DNA of 26,239 bases, from positions 1-26,239 of the forward strand of contig NIVC01005102.1 of the NCBI GenBank assembly GCA_002269645.1, written 5' to 3'. Shown piece after piece: positions 1 to 10,180 of the stretch. The notes under the pieces were generated by a model. It was not told where the DNA came from and did not search any database. It saw nothing but the letters and a program-made list of their open reading frames with translations. Position 1 is the stretch's first letter; each line of letters begins with the position of its first letter. The DNA comes from Macrostomum lignano (taxonomy: Eukaryota). The position numbers and the translations under genes were made by a program.

Positions 1-199
1 TCCGGATCTCTAGAGTGCGCGCTCTGGTGTGTTCTCAAAAGTGCCGATTGCCAGGCGGTGGGTCTTCAGCCAGCAGCAGCGCCTGTGCACCTGCTGGAGT
101 TCGCTGCGGTCCCGCCCGGCCCTCAGCAGCGCCAGCAGCGACGACTTCTTTGTCCGTGGCAACAGAGCTGATGCTGGCGCAGTTAAGCGCATTTACTGA
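1..199 (+). CDS. 3' end of a probable small PAN/apple-domain protein, with a 1-nt frameshift at the GGG run 60-62
   Basis: Frame 1 reads SGSLECALWCVLKSADCQAV (1-60). Removing one G continues it in frame 2 as VFSQQQRLCTCWSSLRSRPALSSASSDDFFVRGNRADAGAVKRIY* (TGA 197-199). The joined C-x3-C-x6-C...F...C spacing fits the PAN/apple consensus. Codons are GC3-rich, like the EFR3 exons. Confidence 0.5.
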
Positions 200-964
200 C
201 TCTATGTTATTTCCTTTAATTATTATTTGTTGTTTGGGCGTCTCAGCATAGTTTTCCAACTCAAATTCAAGTCAAACTAATGGCCCCTATTTGATGCCAT
301 ACTCACAGCACAGAGCTATACTTTGTCTCCTGTGCCTCCATCCTGGTCGGCCAGTCCAGACTCTTGCCTCTATCTCAGCCTTTCCCTCTGTCATCTTTAG
401 CTCTTTAGATACTATACATAGCAACCAAATAGAATTCGCTTCTTAGTGTTAATCTAATTGATAAATTTTTGTTATTCTATGCTAACATAATACGTCATTC
501 GGTCTTATCGCACTGTCTGCAGAGATGTGAAAGTAAAAAAACGGAATAAATGATTATGAAAATGTCAATTTGCACCGCGCGTATCTTTAATCGCACAGTA
601 ATAAATGTTTTTCATTTCCACTGGTGCAATAAACGAAAAAATTGTTTTTTTTGGCAAACTTCGAAGTTTGCACTTGCTGCGACAGAATTCGCTGCATGGT
701 AACCTGTGCATTTGACTGAATTGGGTCATCAGCCAAACTGAAGTATGCAGATTTCACCTACACAGAAATAGGAGTCCTTCAAAGCGTTTTACCATCGATA
801 TTTAGTGACAGTGGGAGTGTAATGCTTTAAATCTAATGCGGAAGTGAAAGCCATTTTGTCATAGATTTCATTTGTGCCCACTGTAAGATTTGGCTTCTTA
901 AAAAAGTGCCCTAAGCAGCCTATCCATTTTGTTTACTTCACTCACAAATTCTTAAAATGGTTGT

Positions 965-1470
965 TTTTATTCTTCTTTTACCGTAGCCGTCATGGCCGTA
1001 CGGGCGCAACCACCGCCGACCGGTCTATTTCTTTCAGGGCATCCTCCCGCTGCCTTTTCGGTCTTCTTCACCTTCTTTCACCTTCAACTTTTCTCTTGAA
1101 TGTAGACATTTGCAATGGCTCCCTTCTTTGTAATATTTGAGTTTTTTTCGCTTCATGATTTTCCTCCACAGATTTTGGTTCTTTTCCCTATGCTTTTTAA
1201 ACTTTTCTGCAAACTCAGGAATTTATGTTTTCTCCTTTTCATGAAATCCTTACACTATTCTGTAACATGTCATTTAAAATGCTTTGAGTGTCTCCATACT
1301 TTTCTTCCCAGAGTCCAGCTCTCGAATTCATGCATGTAGTGCGGTATCGCTAATTTGATCGCTTTTGTGATCTTGAGGCGATTCTTCAAACCGACTCCTT
1401 TTTAGTCTCCAAAGTTCATAAAGCTGTTGTGTGCCCTTTCACGGGAACGACGCCTATGCCGTCTTAACCT
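965..1470 (-). mobile_element. Degraded 3' end of an RTE-clade non-LTR retrotransposon
   Basis: Minus-strand peptides across stops and frameshifts: LWRL/KGVGLKNRLKITKAI, ESWTL, LKAF*MTCYR, RIS*KEK, LWRKIMKRKKLKYY, KVEGERR*RRPKRQREDALKE. These follow the order of the RTE post-RT C-terminal region, and the element ends in a short AAAGAAGAA tail. Confidence 0.75.
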
Positions 1471-2035
1471 ATTGGGAAGCTGCGACCTCCAGGTCCCCAG
1501 CCAGAGCACCCGCCAACGGAGGCAGCGGCGGCTGCCCACTCGACAGCAGCTTCATTATGTTTTTAATTTGGCCTACGAGTACATGAATATTAAATAAGGT
1601 AAGAACGAATGTGCGGTACGGTAGGGTGAGGTGCGAGGTGGCGTGATCAGCGTGCGCACTGGTTGAGAAAACTGGAGGGCAGGGGCAGACTGGAAAGTTT
1701 GGGCTGGGCGCGAGAACAAAAAAAGGCACTATTGCACAAGCCTTGTCATTGAGCTGGTTGCAACGCCTATTCCGATTCTGATCTCTTCCTCCTCTGATTC
1801 TGATTCTCCATGATGGTTGCCCCCCCCCCCAGATTGACAGAGTGACGGATCGAGCTGAAACTTTATTTTTGCAGTGTTCTTAGTTGCACATTTTTTTTCC
1901 TGTCCAACGGCGTTCTAAAATATTTTTGCAGAGCAGAGATTTTGTTACTTTTTCGAATATCAATCTGAATATCGATCGGGAAACAAATGCGTGGTATATA
2001 TAGCATTTCCCGGTCAATTTGGTCCTAGAATCACT

Positions 2036-3569
2036 CAATTTAATCCGCAATAGAGAACTCCAATTCATTCCGCCGTCACAAGAGATATGTCTATGACCAA
2101 ATATGCTGTTTTTTTTCAATTTAATCCGCAATAGAGAACTCCAATTCATTCCGCCGTCACAAGAGATATGTCTATGACCAAATATGCTGTTTTTTTTCAA
2201 TTTAATCCGCAATAGAGAACTCCAATTCATTCCGCCGTCACAAGAGATATGTCTATGACCAAATATGCTGTTTTTTTTCAATTTAATCCGCAATAGAGAA
2301 CTCCAATTCATTCCGCCGTCACAAGAGATATGTCTATGACCAAATATGCTGTTTTTTTCAATTTAATCCGCAATAGAGAACTCCAATTCATTCCGCCGTC
2401 ACAAGAGATATGTCTATGACCAAATATGCTGTTTTTTCAATTTAATCCGCAATAGAGAACTCCAATTCATTTCGCCGTCACAAGAGATATGTCTATGACC
2501 AAATATGCTGTTTTTTTCAATTTAATCCGCAATAGAGAACTCCAATTCATTCCGCCGTCACAAGAGATATGTCTATGACCAAATATGCTGTTTTTTTCAA
2601 TTTAATCCGCAATAGAGAACTCCAATTCATTCCGCCGTCACTAGAGATATGTCTATGGCCAAATATGCTGTTTTTTCAATTTAATCCGCAATAGAGAACT
2701 CCAATTCATTCCGCCGTCACTAGAGATATGTCTATGACCAAATATGCTGTTTTTTTTCAATTTAATCCGCAATAGAGAACTCCAATTCATTCCGCCGTCA
2801 CTAGAGATATGTCTATGACCAAATATGCTGTTTTTTCAATTTAATCCGCAATAGAGAACTCCAATTCATTCCGCCGTCACTAGAGATATGTCTATGACCA
2901 AATATGCTGTTTTTTCAATTTAATCCGCAATAGAGAACTCCAATTCATTCCGCCGTCACAAGAGATATGTCTATGACCAAATATGCTGTTTTTTTTCAAT
3001 TTAATCCGCAATAGAGAACTCCAATTCATTCCGCCGTCACTAGAGATATGTCTATGGCCAAATATGCTGTTTTTTCAATTTAATCCGCAATAGAGAACTC
3101 CAATTCATTCCGCCGTCACTAGAGATATGTCTATGACCAAATATGCTGTTTTTTTCAATTTAATCCGCAATAGAGAACTCCAATTCATTCCGCCGTCACT
3201 AGAGATATGTCTATGGCCAAATATGCTGTTTTTTCAATTTAATCCGCAATAGAGAACTCCAATTCATTCCGCCGTCACTAGAGATATGTCTATGACCAAA
3301 TATGCTGTTTTTTTCAATTTAATCCGCAATAGAGAACTCCAATTCATTCCGCCGTCACTAGAGATATGTCTATGGCCAAATATGCTGTTTTTTCAATTTA
3401 ATCCGCAATAGAGAACTCCAATTCATTCCGCCGTCACTAGAGATATGTCTATGACCAAATATGCTGTTTTTTTCAATTTAATCCGCAATAGAGAACTCCA
3501 ATTCATTCCGCCGTCACTAGAGATATGTCTATGACCAAATATGCTGTTTGGTTCCACTCAATTTAATCC
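2036..3569. repeat. Tandem satellite: 19 copies of a ~79-81-bp unit plus a partial copy
   Basis: Unit CAATTTAATCCGCAATAGAGAACTCCAATTCATTCCGCCGTCAC(A/T)AGAGATATGTCTATG(A/G)CCAAATATGCTG followed by a variable T run. Copies start at 2036, 2117, 2198, 2279 ... 3394, 3474, head to tail with no spacers. Confidence 0.97.
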
Positions 3570-4222
3570 TGGGGGCACTTATTTCGCGTATTTATTTTAA
3601 AAGCCGTTATAATAAGCAAGAATGAGTGACTCGGAAAGTAGCGCCAGCTTTGTCATTGCTGACGGAGAAGGAAATCAGGGAAGGAAATTAAAGACCATTA
3701 AAAGCAACCATTTTGGCCATAGAAAATGAAAAGCAAGTTTTTACAAAGTAATAGCTTTATTTCCTTACTAACGATTAAAATCTTTGCTCCGAGGCTCAAT
3801 TTTCTATTTAAAATGCTGTTAAATTTCGCAGACATAGATGGTCGAATCTGCTTTTCTAATTATTGCACTGACGCAAGTTTTATTTTTATTACGTGTCGTA
3901 CTAGGTACTTGCGCTGCTTCTAGAAAGTTCTGCTAGTTTCTATTTCAAGCTTTTTCTTTCGTCATTTTATTCGTTTTTCATTCGGTCTAACCAGGCCTCA
4001 CTATGGTTATCTATTCAAGCCTGCTGTACAGTTTCTTGTATACAGTAGCCTTGCATCTTGAGCTGTACCCACCCAGTGCGAGCCTACGTACCATAAGCAG
4101 ATTGAGATATAGACAAAAACAATATAAATGCATGCATAGCATAGTTACAGAACGAATAGAAAAAATAGAAACCGAAAATAAGAAGACAGCTGAATTTCAT
4201 CTTTGTGCTTTGTAGCCTTACA

Positions 4223-4697
4223 ATGAGTGACAATTTTCCGGAGAGCCTTGACGTCCTGACAGATTTTATCAACGGACTGAATTCCGGAAAATATCGCATT
4301 GCCACGGACGGCCACACTTCACCATTTATAGTGATCGACAATTTCGGGAAGATAATAAACGGAAAATACTACGCAGAATGGGTCTTCCGATTCGATATGC
4401 CGCACAAGGGCTGTAATTACAGTCATTTGAATATTAACAGCAAAATGTTTGGCTTTCCAGATCCGCACACTCCAATACCAGATTGGATGGTTAACAATGG
4501 AAAGATGTTCGGAGAAGGCGCTAAGAAAGCAGGAAAATTATTTTACGTCATTGGATTAGTGGCAGATGCAGTCAATATTGGTAAAAACGTGGTGCAGGAT
4601 TATAGACAGAATGGATTTAAGTCTGCACTTGCTACTGGAATGAAAACCGCCGTTCCAATTGTCGCTACTCGCCTGACTGGTGTAACTGGATCCTCAG
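4223..4697 (+). CDS. Exon 1 of an uncharacterised 199-aa protein (His-motif domain plus amphipathic helices)
   Basis: ATG at 4223, 7 nt after an acceptor-like TTTGTAG (AG at 4214-4215). The frame is open for 475 nt to a consensus donor CAG|GTGAGT at 4698 (phase 1). Contains RFDMPH, HLNIN and DPH motifs. Confidence 0.8.
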
Positions 4698-4934
4698 GTG
4701 AGTGAGACTCAGGAGAGTGATGCAATATATACGAGTGAGTCGTATGAATGCGTTAATTGCTGCTTACCTCTTTTTTATCTTGTCTTGTCGTCTACATACG
4801 AGAGCTACGCGTGCATTTAAAGCTACATTAAATGTACCGTATAGCTATAATTATACATGTATATGCAGAATAAATGTCGCGACTTATAGCAAATCAATAT
4901 TTAGTTACCATGCAATCTTGTCTCCTTTTAACAG

Positions 4935-5059
4935 CTGGGGCAGCAGTTGGCACTTTCATACTACCTGGTGTTGGCACCGTTGTTGGAAGCTATGCTGGCA
5001 CTATTTTGACGACACTAGCCACTGACTTTGGAGTGCACTGGCTCGTAGGCAAACTATGA
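4935..5059 (+). CDS. Exon 2 of the same gene: C-terminal glycine-zipper hydrophobic hairpin
   Basis: Acceptor TCTCCTTTTAACAG|CT at 4934/4935 matches phase 1 (G+CT = Ala). Reads GAAVGTFILPGVGTVVGSYAGTILTTLATDFGVHWLVGKL*. Spliced CDS is 600 nt. Confidence 0.8.
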
Positions 5060-6189
5060 GTAAATTTCTGTTCTGAAGAAAGAAGTTGCTGGATGTAGAC
5101 TGCGATTTAATGTGATGCGATTTGATTTCTGGAATTGATTTACTAGTTTACAGATGCAATACGAGCGTATTTATGTACAGTATGACGTTAATTCCACTTA
5201 AACTGCCCCGTGTCTACCAAAAATTTACCTATGTCTTTTAGACTTCTTAGTTGTGTTTACATGTACCGCACAGTAAGTGCTATTTATATTCCCACAAGTA
5301 GAAATCGATACTTTAGCAATAGAAAATTAACGCAAGCAGGAAACCGGAGGCTAATGAGGGATTGAAATATGAGCAGTGCCGTAGCGTCGGCCTCGATAGA
5401 TTACCTCCAGTCTCATCTGGAACCCTGTGTAAGTGTATAAACTAGAGATTTTGGCCTCTAAAACCCTCAGAATCCGGTTCTGTGGTGGTGCAGGACCGTC
5501 TACGGAAACTGCATGCAGTTCTTACCGGTGGTTGTATTTTGGCTCTAGCATGTACGAGTAACGGTAACTGTCCTTCTTGGGGACTACCCTAGTTCAGTCT
5601 CAGCAAACATGCAGTTTCAACATGCTAGCTGCATCAGACGGCCGCATTAGGTTCCAGCTTCATCGGGCGGTACTTTGCTTCCAGCCGCTTGTAAGCCAGC
5701 ACCGGGCACGCAAAGACTCTTTCTGCCGCTCTCTCCCCTGTACTCCTCCGGTGAAGCTGTACTTCAGTCTGTATACTGATACAGCATATACATGTACCTT
5801 TACGGCTTAGCCCCTTTTTCTTCTCGCTGGATGTGTTAACTCTATTTAGCTATAATATTATTCGAAAGTAAAATGTAATTTGACTGCAGGATTTTTCTTG
5901 ACTATTCTGCATATATCTTTTTAAAATTTATTCTGGCTTTCTTCGTTAAAGTAATTAAAAACTCCCTAGCTGCCTTTGGCAGTAAAAGCATGTGAAAGCT
6001 GGAAGGCTGCAAGAAAGTGTGTGAGGTTTGTTAGGTGTGTATAAGTGTGTAAAGTGTGTCATTGATGTGTGTGAGGTGTGTGTAGTGAGGGAAGATCAGC
6101 AGGGGGAGAGGGGGTCGTCCTGCAGCAACGCCAGAGCTGGTTGGAAACTCTGCAATGAGTCCATATCCATGTGCATCCATGTGAACTGC

Positions 6190-7250
6190 TGTGCATGTCC
6201 ATGACTTCCCGCTCAAGCAGCAGGCCAAGCCTTTAACGCGGCAGGAGGCGGGCTTACGCAGGTTTCAATGATGATTCTGATTGCCACCACCTGCTCTCAG
6301 TAGTTGACCTGTCACTCTGTGAGGCTAGCATGCGCACGTTGAGCACTAGTAGCAGGTAGTTTCGCAGCACGTCGTTCAGAAAATTTTTGAGAGTGCACTT
6401 CGAGGGCGATCCCGCGCTGGCTGATGGAGTTTGTCTTTATTGGGGATGGAGATGATCTTTGAGATCTTCTATACTGCATGGCGGCAGATGTGGACTCGTC
6501 ACCACCAAGACAGCAGTGGCGGTTGAGCAGTCTGATCAAAGAAGATCAGGCAACTTCAGAACTCTCGGTCGGATTCCGTCAACTCCAGACGCAGCGTCAG
6601 GGGGGCAATATAGAAGGATTGGGTGTCAGGCCGGGTGTCAGGCCGGGTGTTAGGCCGGAGGCTGGTGGGAGAAGCAGACGAGGCTCGAGCGCGTTCAACA
6701 CCAGCTAGTAGTGCGAGGCTACCAGCTGCTTTCGATTTTCCTGTGACTTGGCAGCGACGATTGTGTTGGGCTTCTCTCTGCGACCGCTCAGCCTGTTGAT
6801 GGAGCGCTAGCTATGCTGTCAGTTCACAGTCAGTTGCAGGGGCGTCGCCATGGATTTAATGGTGGGGGGACAAAGCCAAGAATTCAATATGTACATGTAC
6901 TAAATTTTGGTACTCATTTTAGTGCCGCAAGCACTCATTTTAGCGCTGCAGGCACTCATTTTAGCGCCACAGACACCCATTTTAGCGCCGAAGGCGCAAT
7001 AATTTGGCGCCATGTATAAAAATTACTGATTACCACAAGGTGGGGTGGTGGGGACAAAGCTTGGCATGTCCCCCGAGAGCTTTTACTGGGGGGGACATGT
7101 CCCCCCTGTCCCCCCCCCGGTGGCGACGCGCCTGGTCAGTTGGATCTCAGCTACCGCCTCTCCGGTTTAGACTTCAGCCTGCTGCTTATGTGCTTATTGG
7201 CTCAGAGCCTGCCTGTAAGATCCTGAGGGTGTTGTTATGACTGAATCATT
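6190..7250 (-). mobile_element. Degraded non-LTR retrotransposon fragment (linker and N-terminal RT motifs), interrupted by a MITE
   Basis: Minus-strand peptides in shifting frames, in canonical RT order: SINRLSGRR, GVDGIRPRVLKLP (~6586-6548), KIISIPNK, QRGIALE, DRSTTE, QVVAIRIIIETC. Multiple stops and frameshifts; outer boundaries approximate. Confidence 0.7.
6837..7134. mobile_element. hAT-type MITE (298 bp) nested in the RT remnant
   Basis: TIRs CAGGGGCGTCGCCA (6837-6850) and TGGCGACGCGCCTG (7121-7134) match at 13/14. Perfect 8-bp TSD GTCAGTTG at 6829-6836 and 7135-7142. Internal 21-bp repeat CACTCATTTTAGCGCC(G/A)CAGG in about 4 degenerate copies (6911-6995). Confidence 0.85.
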
Positions 7251-7789
7251 GTCCCACGTAGAAACACTTTTGGGCTTGCGAGATTCTCGCAGCACAGAAG
7301 CACCAGTTTGGATGGCCATTAAAAAGGCCTCGGGTGAAAAGTTTGCCGGTGCAGCTCATGGCTTGCGATCCCTGCATCCTTACTAGTATTTGACAAAGCT
7401 AATAGAGAAATCCAATTAAAAGTACATATATTATTATTTTAACAGCAAACGTATCATTTATTCATCAACTACACTGTTTGTAGTCACCGATATCGATCTA
7501 TGATCAATGGATCGATGAAGACTGGAAAATAAATTGTTTCAAAACGCTGAGTTATGGAGGCATACGTTATCCCGATTTTTGAGGCAACCATATACATGTC
7601 AGAGCCTCTAAAAAGTTTATGATGAGGACGCACTTTTTTCCAAATCCCGCGCTAGCACATGGGCTCTAAACTTACTTGCCTACTAACAGTGGGCAATGGG
7701 CATTTTTATCCTTTTTCTGCGAATTTTCATAGAATCTATACTAGATATAATGTTTGGTCATACTAGTAGTCATAATAACATAGGTACAG

Positions 7790-7930
7790 CTTTTTGGGTC
7801 ATAAATCATCGCTTTCGAAGCTGGTCTGACAGCCACCTGCGCCTCACTCAGTGTTGAGGCGGGCGCCAGATGGTCTGAGAGGATGCGGGCGGTAGCTTTT
7901 TTCTCATCATTTTGACAGGCCATCAAGATT
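7790..7930 (-). mobile_element. Possible short non-LTR RT remnant
   Basis: KATARILSDHL...LSEAQVAVRP loosely resembles the RT motif K..ARIL..RL...L...Q.GFRP. The match is short and degenerate. Confidence 0.35.
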
Positions 7931-8235
7931 TATGAGGTCAGAGCCTATTGTTCGTGTTCACTCAAGCGTGTGACAGCTTTGACAGCTATGCGTTTTACCC
8001 CTAAAAGTACTTTGGGATTAGCGATTAGCGATTTCTCTTCATTATCTTCACTTTCTATTCAATAAGAGCTTTCTAATGTATATTTTTTCATTAATTTCCG
8101 TCAATCCTACGCGAAAAGTCATAAATCATTTTGTTGCGATTTTGAGTGATTTATGGCCGCACCTGTCATCTTTTTACGACCCTGTGGGAACTGATAGGAT
8201 CTCTCGGTCACGTGATTCTGGGTAGCAACGAGCTT

Positions 8236-8339
8236 AGCCAATCAGAAAATTCGGCGCTCATTTTAACAAAACGGCTCAGCCAATCAGAATCGTCGTGTTC
8301 CATTATAACAAACTGCGGTCCAGTTGGCGGCTATTTAAA
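8236..8339 (+). promoter_or_regulatory. Candidate Pol II promoter: two NF-Y-type CCAAT boxes and a TATA-like element
   Basis: AGCCAATCAG at 8236-8245 and 8278-8287 (42 bp apart), TATTTAAA at 8332-8339, followed by GC-richer sequence. No transcript evidence. Confidence 0.4.
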
Positions 8340-9174
8340 CCGGAGTTTTTGGCCCGCTCGGACTCAACTTTGGCTCGGGCCCAGCGCGCAACTTCTGGTT
8401 CCCGGAGCACGACCGTCGTTTCTTGATCCCCGGATTGCGACTTCCCCCCATCATCATCAAGGACGAGTCCCCTCGGTCATCAGCAGTGAACGTCAAAGGG
8501 AAGAGCATCACCTGCTAGCTATCAGCGAAGAATGTGACATCAGCACCATCCCGGGTCTACAGCTGCGAAGCACTAAGCCGATTCGGTCACTGTGGATTTC
8601 CTGGTCTCCGGCTGTTGAGTTTCTGATTGGTTGGGTGAGAGGCTACCTAGACTTGCTTGATTGGGTGATCCCTTATCTGTCCCCTGTTTCAGTAGCTGGA
8701 TTAGGCGCACACTTTTGCTCATTTTGTTCAGTAGTGCTGTTGCTGAGGCAGAAGTCATTCAATAATACTGCTAGTAGTCTAAACTCCAATTCAATCTGAA
8801 GTGTGAAGTGATCTAAGGAGAAGGTTAAATCTAACAGTTATTGTTATCGGTTTTGTTTCTTTGTTCGCCGGTGGCTCAGATGAGTAGCTAAGCTAGTAGG
8901 CGCCGGTCACAGTGGACCAATGGCAAGGCAGTTCTCAGTCGATCAATCTATCAAATCAATGAGCAAAATTGCCAATGTGCAAATCGGCGCCAGAGATGTA
9001 CTTTGTGCACTCTAGGGTAGCCAAGCGGCTCGGGTAATGAATAATGCGGTCTCTGAAGTTCGAGTTAGTCTATCATCAGCGCTATGAGAGGCTAGTTGGC
9101 GCGTTGAAGGCCAAAAGTACAATTCTTCGTACCAGGTATTTAGCAATGTAATAGTACATGTAGCTACCACATAG

Positions 9175-9305
9175 TCTCGCCACTGCAAGAATCCCCTGCA
9201 CAAGTCCCCTCTGTACCTGCATGGCCAATGCGATCAAGTCCCAGCAGTGTCCCTTATCATCGGCTATGACTTCGAGATAGACAGCAAAAAGACACTAGTT
9301 GGCAG
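9175..9305 (+). other. Candidate orphan coding exon
   Basis: CCACATAG| acceptor-like site, an open GC3-rich frame SRHCKNPLHKSPLYLHGQCDQVPAVSLIIGYDFEIDSKKTLVG, and a perfect donor CAG|GTAAGT at 9306. No partner exons identified and no family recognised. Confidence 0.3.
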
Positions 9306-10114
9306 GTAAGTGCAAAGCCCCTTCTAGTCGGAAGCCCGATTTCGAGAGTCCCGGTGTGGTGAGCCAGGACGCACGGGCTGGTGGCAGCGAGTTAGCTAAT
9401 CTGCGGATTAACTAATTTCTACCTTCAAAATTCTCCCTGCTTGTCTCTCGCTGTCCCTCTCTTAGCTATAGGACCTAGACTGCTCGCCACACGATCAAGC
9501 TACCATGGGGCTGACCATCTGACAGGAGTGGGGGCCAGGTCTCTAATTGATTTATTTCTGAGACCTGTGGCCCGAAGGCTTCCCCACAAGGAGGCCGGAA
9601 GGTCGAAACCCATCATTTAGCGTAATTTAAAAGTGCAGCTGTCATTTTATATGTACATGTAATTAGGATAATTGAATTATTCAATTACGTACAGTGTGCA
9701 AATGTATCTATATCAATGCAGTTAAAATTTAGAGTGCACCATTTATACTGTCAAACTGCATAAATGTCGTTGACTCGTTTACTTTCATGCCACGCATTTA
9801 TATTTAGAGATCAAATTCAGAAACATGTGTTTGTCTAGCATGTAAAAATAATAATAGTAATTGCTACGACTGCTTCGATCAATGGGCAGATGTGCAACTG
9901 AAAGTTCAACCGCAGCTATTGCGCGGCACATCTGTTCGAAGACTGCGAACGGCTGTTCAGTCAAAAAGACTGCATGGGGGTCGCCACACACCTGATCTGC
10001 AATTATACTCATGCCAGCCACTGGCACCATATACGCTCGTATTTTACAACTGGGTGAACTGAAGCAATTCAGAGGATAAGTGTCTTACTCTAGTACTCAA
10101 TTTTTTCCCGAGTG

Positions 10115-10180
10115 GTTCAAAAATCGAACCCCCAACCTTTCACTCTTGATCAGTCCGGAAAATCTAACCACTGGCTAATA
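10115..10180 (-). other. Degenerate tRNA-derived sequence (SINE head or tRNA pseudogene)
   Basis: Minus strand has an A-box-like TAGCCAGTGGTTAG and a B-box-like GGTTCGAT at tRNA-like spacing. I could not fold a complete cloverleaf. Confidence 0.45.

Noticed and set aside
10-259. ORFs 10..192, 15..251 and 35..259 as genes
   Set aside because: No recognisable content. The frameshifted + strand PAN-like reading explains the GC-rich block better.
2036-3569. CRISPR array or the 143-aa repeat ORF (1880-2311, minus)
   Set aside because: Units are head to tail with no unique spacers and no cas genes, in a eukaryotic context. The ORF exists only where successive units happen to be 81 bp.
5520-5810. 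GC-richer block with short open frames
   Set aside because: No recognisable motif or consistent splice signals on either strand.
8146-8799. 217-aa ORF as a protein-coding gene
   Set aside because: Non-ATG start, no motif I recognise, overlaps promoter-like elements, and has no splice support.
9558-9609. Canonical hammerhead ribozyme
   Set aside because: CTGA is followed directly by the stem (the CUGANGA core is incomplete), and stems I and III cannot be formed convincingly. Kept only as a generic structured-RNA candidate.
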